A DNA stretch of 64,000 bases from Parcubacteria group bacterium M10-OD1-1 (lineage in GTDB: Bacteria > Patescibacteriota > Minisyncoccia > Moranbacterales > UBA2206): NCBI GenBank assembly GCA_003056145.1, contig LSNL01000003.1, positions 201,993 through 265,992 on the forward strand, read 5' to 3'. Of the stretch, positions 57,045 to 64,000 are shown piece after piece. How positions within the stretch are numbered: position 1 is the stretch's first letter; each line of letters starts with the position of its first letter. The position numbers and the translations under genes are program-made. Below the pieces are notes generated by a model. That model did no database searches and was not told the DNA's origin. It saw only the letters and a program-made list of their open reading frames with translations.

Positions 57045-57353
57045 ATGATAAATGATATTGGAATTGGAAGTGTTAAAAATGAGTGGATACTAAACACCTT
57101 TTTTCTTACGTTTGCTCTAGCTCTTTCTATTTATATATGGAAAAGAAGAAAAAATCTGCTCATGGGAATTTTAATTTTTTCCTTACTAGGGAATTTGGTA
57201 TTTTATACTGACTCAGGATCTCTTTTTTACAGCATATATCATCTTAAATGGATTGTTAAATTTACTCTATGGTATTGGCCTTGGATAAATCTAGTTTTAT
57301 TAATTTTTATAATTATAAATTTTATCAAAAACAAATATGTTAAAACAAAATAA
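57045..57353 (+). CDS. Small 3-TM membrane protein
   Basis: Hydrophobic and Trp-rich. Overlaps the start of the lipase gene. Confidence 0.6.
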   Translation: MINDIGIGSVKNEWILNTFFLTFALALSIYIWKRRKNLLMGILIFSLLGNLVFYTDSGSLFYSIYHLKWIVKFTLWYWPWINLVLLIFIIINFIKNKYVKTK

Positions 57354-60189
57354 AATCAAGAAAGTAACTATTATTATATCAATAATAGTTTTTATTTTTT
57401 TTCTCTTTAATTTTAGCAATCTCAGCTTTCTAAAAATAAAAAATATCGCCGATGCTGAAGAATTTAATAATTTTCCATATAGAGATAATTCTGGATCTAT
57501 CAGCATCATAGGAAATGCGATTTGGACAAAAGATACTCCAGATTTAGTTTTTGATGAGCCAGTATATATAGAGAATGGAGCTACTCTTACTATTAAAAAA
57601 GGCACGGTAATTAAATTTAAAAAAGCTATTGAATCTAATGCTCCTCCTGGAATTTTTGTTACTAACGGAAAAATTATAGCCAATGGAACTCAGGGCGAAC
57701 ATATTAAATTTACTTCTGATCAGGATGATAGCGGTTTCGTTTTAAACTTTTATGACCGAGGAGAAAGAACTTCATTTTTACGTTATGTTGAAATTTCTAA
57801 AGGCGGTAATACGGAAAAACCAATTCTTTTAGGACATTTAAAATCATCAGGCTTTTTTATTAACACAGTATATGCTTATGACAGTTCACATCCTGTGCCA
57901 GAAACAGGAGAAACTGTATTAATAGGGGCTGGGAAAGTACATATTGAAAATTCCTTTTTTCATAATAATAAAACTACAGATATTCTTATTCGAGACAGTG
58001 CAAAATATGACAATGATTATAACCAAATAGGCACATATTCTCCTGAGGTTGAGGTGATAAATTCTAATTTTTCCAAAAAGAGTTCAATTTATTCTAATAT
58101 AGCTTGCTCTAAAAATAATAATGGTAATCCTGACAAACAATGCGCTAAAAGAGTTTACTTAAAAGATAATTGGTATGGTGACTCAGCTGGTCCGACAGAA
58201 AAACAGGATAGCCGTTACAAAGGAGCATTCATTGGTGGAATTTATACGCTAGATTCTTTTCGAAAAAATAAGTTAGTAGTTGATCCAGTAATCATTATTC
58301 CAGGAATCATGGGATCAGCTAGAGTTTTCGATAAATGGAAGTTAGACCCAATTTTACATACATATGATAATTTAGTTGAATCATTAAAAGAGAATAGTTA
58401 CGAAGAAAACAAAAATCTTTTTGAATTTCCGTATGAATGGCGGGACAGCAATATAGTAACAGCTGGTTTATTGAAAAATAAGATTCAGGAAGTTAAATCT
58501 AAAACTAAAATTTCTAAAGTTGATTTAGTGGCACATTCTATGGGCGGGTTAGTTGCTCGTTATTACATTGAGAGTTCAAATTATCAAAATGATGTTGAAA
58601 AACTAATAACCTTAGGAACTCCTCAGTATGGAGCACCAGAAAGCTATCTTGAGTGGGAAGCAGGAGAAGGATTTTTTACTAGAGAAGAAAAAATAGGTAA
58701 ATTTATTTTTACTGTTGAAGCACATGAAGCAGGCTACAACAGTCTTAAAAAATATATACAATCGCGTATAAAATCAGTCGGGGAGCTTTTGCCTGACTAT
58801 AATTATCTCAAAGAAGCTTCAACTGGAAAGATGCGATCGTATCCAAATAACTATCCTAAAAATATTTTCTTAGATTTTCTAAATAAGCAAAGTAATCTTA
58901 AAAATTTAAAAAGCGTAAACTTTTTTAATATTATTGGAAAGATTAATTCAGAAAGAACTATTAAATCTTTTGATGTTGTTGATAGCACTAAAGATGGCAA
59001 ATGGGAAAATGGTATGCCCAAAAATTATTATGATGTTACTACAAATCAAGGTATTGAGTATGGCAAAGGTGATGGTACTGTTCCACTGGAAAGTGCTGAG
59101 GGAATTGCGTCTACGGAGAAAGAAATGCTAAGTTCATCTCATATAGATCTTCCTACTGAAGCTCAATGCGATGTTATCATCAAATTAACTGGACGAACGA
59201 ATTGTAATTATATCAATACTGTAAAACGAGTTATACATATTTTAATATTTGGAGTTTTTTCTCCCATTGACATTCAAGTTGTGGCACCGGATGGAAAGAG
59301 GGTGGGCAAGGATTTTGATAATCTCGGAAAGACCCTGAATGAAATTTCCGGAGCATATTACACAGGATATGAAACTGACAATGAATTCTTGACTATTCCT
59401 AACCCTCAAGACGGAGAATATAAGGTTATTACTCAAGGAACAGGGGCAGGGGATTACAAAGTAGCAATAGCTAATATTTCCGAAGATAGAAACAATCCTG
59501 GGCAAGCCACAGAAGTAACTGCGGAAATTACTGGAACAACAGAAGAGGGAAAAATTGAAACAACTCCAGCAGAAATAACTGAAAACAAGATAACCGTAGC
59601 ATCTCAAGACACCATTCCGCCTACCATAAAAATAACTTCTCCAAAAAATAAAACTTATCTAAATAATCAAAGCTTAAAAATAATTTATACTGCTAATGAT
59701 AATTTAACCATTCCTGATAAAATTAAAACAACTTTAATTTATGATAATCAGCTGTTAACTTCAAAAAAAATTGATTTATCCTTAGAACATCTAGGAAGGC
59801 ATCATTTAAAAATTATAGCCCAAGATGAAGCTAAAAATAAAATAGCAAGAAAAGTTAACTTTAAGATAGCAACTAATTTAAAAGCTATTGGTCAGAATAT
59901 TTATCATTATCGAAAACTGAAACTTATTAAAAATCAAATGGCAGCTACTATCTTAGAAGAAAGAATAAGCCATATTCAAAGAATAGAAGAGCTGTCGCGA
60001 CGTTTAGAAAAAAAATGGTTTCCTGCTTGGTGGAAGAAAAGAATTAATCGTCATTTTCAATTACAAAAGGATCAGCAGATTAAATTTTTAATTAAAATGA
60101 TTATTAAAAGTCACTATTTACAAAAAAATATTACTAAATCAGTGAGAATTATTTTAGTAGAAGATTTGAGAGACTTAGAAAAAATATAA
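57337..60189 (+). CDS. Secreted/membrane-anchored alpha/beta-hydrolase (LCAT/PGAP1-like lipase or acyltransferase) with accessory beta domains
   Basis: Signal/TM helix, PVIIIPGIMGS, FPYEWR, VAHSMGG nucleophile elbow, LGTPQYGAP, GDGTVP, His in SSHIDLP, C-terminal DTIPPTIKITSP Ig-like domain. Confidence 0.85.
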   Translation: MLKQNKIKKVTIIISIIVFIFFLFNFSNLSFLKIKNIADAEEFNNFPYRDNSGSISIIGNAIWTKDTPDLVFDEPVYIENGATLTIKKGTVIKFKKAIESNAPPGIFVTNGKIIANGTQGEHIKFTSDQDDSGFVLNFYDRGERTSFLRYVEISKGGNTEKPILLGHLKSSGFFINTVYAYDSSHPVPETGETVLIGAGKVHIENSFFHNNKTTDILIRDSAKYDNDYNQIGTYSPEVEVINSNFSKKSSIYSNIACSKNNNGNPDKQCAKRVYLKDNWYGDSAGPTEKQDSRYKGAFIGGIYTLDSFRKNKLVVDPVIIIPGIMGSARVFDKWKLDPILHTYDNLVESLKENSYEENKNLFEFPYEWRDSNIVTAGLLKNKIQEVKSKTKISKVDLVAHSMGGLVARYYIESSNYQNDVEKLITLGTPQYGAPESYLEWEAGEGFFTREEKIGKFIFTVEAHEAGYNSLKKYIQSRIKSVGELLPDYNYLKEASTGKMRSYPNNYPKNIFLDFLNKQSNLKNLKSVNFFNIIGKINSERTIKSFDVVDSTKDGKWENGMPKNYYDVTTNQGIEYGKGDGTVPLESAEGIASTEKEMLSSSHIDLPTEAQCDVIIKLTGRTNCNYINTVKRVIHILIFGVFSPIDIQVVAPDGKRVGKDFDNLGKTLNEISGAYYTGYETDNEFLTIPNPQDGEYKVITQGTGAGDYKVAIANISEDRNNPGQATEVTAEITGTTEEGKIETTPAEITENKITVASQDTIPPTIKITSPKNKTYLNNQSLKIIYTANDNLTIPDKIKTTLIYDNQLLTSKKIDLSLEHLGRHHLKIIAQDEAKNKIARKVNFKIATNLKAIGQNIYHYRKLKLIKNQMAATILEERISHIQRIEELSRRLEKKWFPAWWKKRINRHFQLQKDQQIKFLIKMIIKSHYLQKNITKSVRIILVEDLRDLEKI

Positions 60190-60306
60190 ATTACTTAAAA
60201 ATATTTAATGCATAAAGATTAAGTTGCTGTTTTTCTGAAAATAGCTTATTATTTAAATAGAAAAAATAGAAATTTTCTCAAGTAATAAAATTCTAAAATT
60301 AAATAA

Positions 60307-61251
60307 ATGGAACAAAAACCATACCTGTCTATCGTGGTACCTCTATATAATGAAGAGGATAATGTTAAAGAATTACATTCAAAAATTTTACAAGCCTGTC
60401 GAAAATTAAATAAGGATTTTGAAATTATTTTTATTGATGATGGCTCTAGTGACGAAACGGTTAAAAATTGTCAAAAACTTTCGCCTCTTAAATTAATTAA
60501 ATTTCGTCGTAATTTTGGACAAACTGCTGCTTTTGACGCAGGAATTAAAGAAGCTAAAGGAGAGATTGTTATTACGATGGACGGAGATTTACAAAATGAT
60601 CCAGCTGATATTCAGTTACTTTTAGATGAGATGAAAAAAGGTTATGATGTGGTTTCAGGTTGGCGATGGCAAAGAAAAGATAGTTTTACTAAGAAGTTTT
60701 TTTCTCGTGGAGCTAATTTGTTGCGGAAAATCTTAATTCACGATCATATCCATGATAGCGGATGTAGCTTGAAAGCTTACAAACGAAAGTGTTTTCAAGG
60801 AATTGACCTCTTTGGTGAGATGCATAGATTTATTCCAGCTATTTTAGAATTAGAAGGTTACAAAGTAGGAGAAACTAAAGTTTCCCATTACCCACGAGTT
60901 AGTGGAGTAACGAAATATAGTTGGAATAGAGCCATCAAGGGTTTTGTTGATATGATTGCAGTTTGGTTTTGGAGAAAATATTCCAATCGTCCTATTCATC
61001 TTTTTGGAGGTGCAGGAATAATTTTTTCTTTAACGGGAATTATAATTTTAATTTGGATGGTGACTGAAAAAATATTTTTTGGTGCATCTCTGGCTGAACG
61101 AATATGGCCACTTATCGGAGTCTTTTTAATTCTTGTCGGAATCCAACTTTTTGTGTCTGGTTTATTGGCGGATATTATAGTAAAGAATTACTATAAGAAT
61201 CAACATCGGATGAATTATACTATTAGCGAAATAATTACCAGAGAAGACTAG
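60307..61251 (+). CDS. GT2 polyprenol-phosphate glycosyltransferase (ArnC-like)
   Basis: RRNFGQTAA, DGDLQNDP, HDSGCSLKAY, GEMHRFIP. Confidence 0.9.
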   Translation: MEQKPYLSIVVPLYNEEDNVKELHSKILQACRKLNKDFEIIFIDDGSSDETVKNCQKLSPLKLIKFRRNFGQTAAFDAGIKEAKGEIVITMDGDLQNDPADIQLLLDEMKKGYDVVSGWRWQRKDSFTKKFFSRGANLLRKILIHDHIHDSGCSLKAYKRKCFQGIDLFGEMHRFIPAILELEGYKVGETKVSHYPRVSGVTKYSWNRAIKGFVDMIAVWFWRKYSNRPIHLFGGAGIIFSLTGIIILIWMVTEKIFFGASLAERIWPLIGVFLILVGIQLFVSGLLADIIVKNYYKNQHRMNYTISEIITRED

Positions 61252-61434
61252 TTGATAATTAAATTTTTTAAAGGCTGAACTTTTTCACGAATATCTAAAT
61301 CTTATTTTTTCTGGTCTATTTTTACAATAAGTTTTTCCAACCTTTAAAAGATTTTGGCCTAAATTTTTCTTTATTATTCTTAATTTGATTAAGTCTTTAT
61401 TAAAAGAATTTCAAGAGCTTATAAAGGCTATTAG

Positions 61435-61462
61435 TTGACAAAGATTAAATTTAAATTATACT
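61435..61462 (+). promoter_or_regulatory. Promoter of ugd
   Basis: TTGACA-16-TATACT. Confidence 0.55.
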
Positions 61463-61555
61463 AAAATACTAGTACTTTAAATTTTTTAGTGTTTTCGGTT
61501 GGACTGATTTTGGTCTATTTGTAAATATTAACAATACAATATAAGGAGATAAAAG

Positions 61556-62893
61556 ATGAGAATTGCAATTATTGGTACTGGATATGTGGGCTCTGTAACA
61601 GGAGTTTGTTTAGCGGAAATGGGAAATATGGTTGTTTGTGTAGATAATAATAAAGAAAAAATTGCCCAATTTCGTAAAGGCGAAGCCCCTTTTTCAGAAA
61701 AGGGATTAGATGAATTGATCAAAAGAAATTTGAAAAATCAAACGCTTCTTTATACGACTGATTTTAAACAGGCGGTGAAAAAAAGTGATATGGTTTTTAT
61801 TGCAGTGGGAACGCCTTCAGGAGAAGATGGAAGTGCAGATCTGAGTTACGTTATTGCAGTGGCTCAGTCTATTGGACAAGTAATTGATCATCAACTAATT
61901 ATTGTTGATAAATCAACGGTGCCAGTGGGAACGGCTGAGTTAGTAAAAAAAACTATTTTTGCAGAGCAGAAGAAACGGGGAGTTAATTTCCCTTTTACGG
62001 TAGTTAGTAATCCTGAATTTTTGGCTCAAGGAACGGCGGTTAAGGATTTTATGGAGCCTAGCCGAGTAGTAGTAGGGGCGGATAATCCTGAAGATATTGA
62101 AATAATGAGGGAACTTTATGCTCCGTTTATGCGGAGAGAAGGGCGTTTTTATTCTATGAATCCTCAAACGGCGGAAATGGTGAAGTATGCAGCTAATAGT
62201 TTCTTAGCGGCTAAAATTTCTATTAATAATGAATTGGCCAACATCTGTGCTTTAATGGGAGCTGATTTTGATCAAGTGCGAAGAGCAATGGGAGCTGATC
62301 CAAGGATTGGTGAGGCGTTTATGTACGCCGGGCCTGGTTTTGGAGGGAGTTGTTTCCCTAAAGATGTCAGAGCTTTGATTAAGATGGCTCAAGAGAGAAA
62401 TTATGAAGCGGAGATGTTTTTGCAGACTTTGAAAACTAATGAAGAGCAGAAGCATCTTTTAGCTAAAATAGTTCAAAGGTACTTTCAGTATTTTAATCAA
62501 AGCTTAAAAGAGAAGGTTTTGGCTGTCTGGGGCTTAGCTTTTAAAGCAGGGACAGATGATATGCGGGAATCATCGGCTTTAACTGTTGTCCAAGATTTAA
62601 TTGAAGCTGGGGCTAAAATTCAAGTCTATGATCCTGAGGCTATGAAAACAGCTCAACTCCCAGAGTATTTTGGTGATAATCCAGCTATTAAATACTGCAA
62701 TAATAAGTACGAGGCTTTGGAAAAAGCGGAGACCTTATTAATTGTTACGGAATGGAAAGAATTCCGGACGCCGGATTTTGAGGAAATGAAGAAAAGATTG
62801 AGGCATCCGGTAGTAGTAGATGGTCGGTTATTGTATAATCCCGATAAAATGAAGAATAGAGGATTTGTCTATTACTCTGTTGGACGTCCTTAA
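61556..62893 (+). CDS. ugd: UDP-glucose 6-dehydrogenase
   Basis: IGTGYVG, KSTVPVG, SNPEFL, GFGGSCFPKD, GLAFKAGTDDMRES. Confidence 0.95.
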   Translation: MRIAIIGTGYVGSVTGVCLAEMGNMVVCVDNNKEKIAQFRKGEAPFSEKGLDELIKRNLKNQTLLYTTDFKQAVKKSDMVFIAVGTPSGEDGSADLSYVIAVAQSIGQVIDHQLIIVDKSTVPVGTAELVKKTIFAEQKKRGVNFPFTVVSNPEFLAQGTAVKDFMEPSRVVVGADNPEDIEIMRELYAPFMRREGRFYSMNPQTAEMVKYAANSFLAAKISINNELANICALMGADFDQVRRAMGADPRIGEAFMYAGPGFGGSCFPKDVRALIKMAQERNYEAEMFLQTLKTNEEQKHLLAKIVQRYFQYFNQSLKEKVLAVWGLAFKAGTDDMRESSALTVVQDLIEAGAKIQVYDPEAMKTAQLPEYFGDNPAIKYCNNKYEALEKAETLLIVTEWKEFRTPDFEEMKKRLRHPVVVDGRLLYNPDKMKNRGFVYYSVGRP

Positions 62894-62921
62894 TTAAAGA
62901 CAAACAGAGCTTAAACTTAGC

Positions 62922-62954
62922 AAGCCACAAGAAAATTCTCTTGTGGCTTTTTTT
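62922..62954 (+). terminator. Intrinsic terminator after ugd
   Basis: AAGCCACAAGA/TCTTGTGGCTT plus T-run. Confidence 0.8.
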
Positions 62955-62991
62955 ATTGTTTTTAATTTTTATTTTTGCTACTATAAAATAG

Positions 62992-64000
62992 ATGAGAATT
63001 TTATTTTTTAATTACGAATATCCACCCTTAGGGGGCGGAGCAGCTAACGCTACCGCTTATCTTTTGCGTGAATATGCTAAAATTAAAGATCTTAAAATTG
63101 ATTTAGTAACTTCTTCAACAAATAGCCAGTACCAACAAGAAAAAATAGGTGAAAATATTATTATCCATAAATTACCTATTGGAAAAAATAAAGAAAATCT
63201 TCATTTTCAATCGCAAAAAGAATTATTAGTTTATTCTTACAAGGCTTATTTTTTTTCTAAAAAATTGATTAAAAAAAACCAATATTATTTAACTCATTCT
63301 TTTTTCTCAATTCCTTGTGGACTGCTATCTTTATTGTTTAAGTGGCAATTTGATATTCCTTTTATTATCTCTCTTCGTGGGGCAGACGTACCAGGTTACG
63401 CGGAAAGATTTACTTGGATTTATAAAATTTTAACTCCGCTAATAAAATTTATTTGGAAAAAAGCTGATAAAGTAGTAGCTAACTCTCAAGGATTAAAAGA
63501 TTTAGCTTTAAAAACTAATCCACAACAAAAAATAGAAATTATTTATAACGGTATTGATACGGAGAAGTTTCAACCTTTAGAGCTTTCTAAAATTTCTAAC
63601 GATATTCAAGAAAAATTTATTATTACCTCTGGAGCTTCTAGAATAACTTCCAGAAAAGGTCTTAAATACTTACTCCAATCGGTTCAAATATTGTCTCAAA
63701 AATATCCGCGAGTTTATTTAGAAATTATGGGAGATGGAGATCAAAAAAGCGAATTGGAAAAATTAGCGCAAGATTTAAAAATTAATGAGCGCGTAAAGTT
63801 CTTCGGTCGGATTCCGCGGGAAAAAACTGTTCAATATTATCAGAGAGCCAGTGTATTTGTTTTGCCTTCGTTTAATGAAGGAATGTCTAACGCTATGTTA
63901 GAGGCTTTAGCCACTGGTTTGCCGATTATAGCCACTAAAACTGGAGGAGCAGAGGAGCTCATTATGGAGGGAAAAAATGGATTTATAATTAAAATGAAAA
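62992..64000 (+). CDS. GT4 glycosyltransferase (3'-truncated by window; not in ORF track)
   Basis: Read by hand: MRILFFNYEYPPLGGGAANA...RKGL...LPSFNEGMSNAMLEALATGLPII. Confidence 0.9.
   Translation, partial: MRILFFNYEYPPLGGGAANATAYLLREYAKIKDLKIDLVTSSTNSQYQQEKIGENIIIHKLPIGKNKENLHFQSQKELLVYSYKAYFFSKKLIKKNQYYLTHSFFSIPCGLLSLLFKWQFDIPFIISLRGADVPGYAERFTWIYKILTPLIKFIWKKADKVVANSQGLKDLALKTNPQQKIEIIYNGIDTEKFQPLELSKISNDIQEKFIITSGASRITSRKGLKYLLQSVQILSQKYPRVYLEIMGDGDQKSELEKLAQDLKINERVKFFGRIPREKTVQYYQRASVFVLPSFNEGMSNAMLEALATGLPIIATKTGGAEELIMEGKNGFIIKMK

Noticed and set aside
1424-62930. Short antisense or nested ORFs in the track (e.g. 6553-6873, 11670-11882, 20352-20651, 21954-22409, 42587-42964, 57300-57683, 59242-59607)
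   Set aside because: They are shadows of well-supported genes on the other strand or frame, with no independent motifs.

Overview
This is a very AT-rich bacterial chromosome segment using genetic code 11. Gene content suggests Patescibacteria/CPR, possibly Parcubacteria or Moranbacteria-like (inference). Bases 1-32.2 kb are mostly housekeeping: an FtsA-like gene plus a baseplate-J-like membrane protein, infA-rpmJ-rpsM-rpsK-rpsD-rpoA-rplQ-rplM-rpsI, rpmE, rpsB-tsf, ricT, tRNA-Thr/Tyr/Thr, rpmG, proS, ispG, prfA, secA, secD (with an inserted parvulin domain)-secF, pheST, valS and RNase P RNA. Small self-contained accessory units with their own promoter, strong SD and terminator are interspersed: GNAT-ASCH(-ASCH), a Zn-finger protein, a direct-repeat-flanked tandem-domain gene and an Sm/Hfq-like gene behind a leader peptide. 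Bases 32.2-64 kb are a large surface-glycosylation locus (WcaJ-like transferase, many GT2/GT4/GT-C enzymes, gmd, wzx, methyltransferases, ugd) plus a secreted lipase/acyltransferase-like protein. The most unusual structure is a plus-strand glycan block headed by an intact AbrB-family gene with a palindromic operator. Two decayed copies of the abrB 3' end lie at internal module boundaries, each followed by a flippase gene (one pseudogene, one intact), which suggests cassette-wise exchange of glycan modules. No CRISPR array, rRNA, transposase, integrase or reverse transcriptase was seen. Product calls come from motif recognition by eye; no database searches were run.
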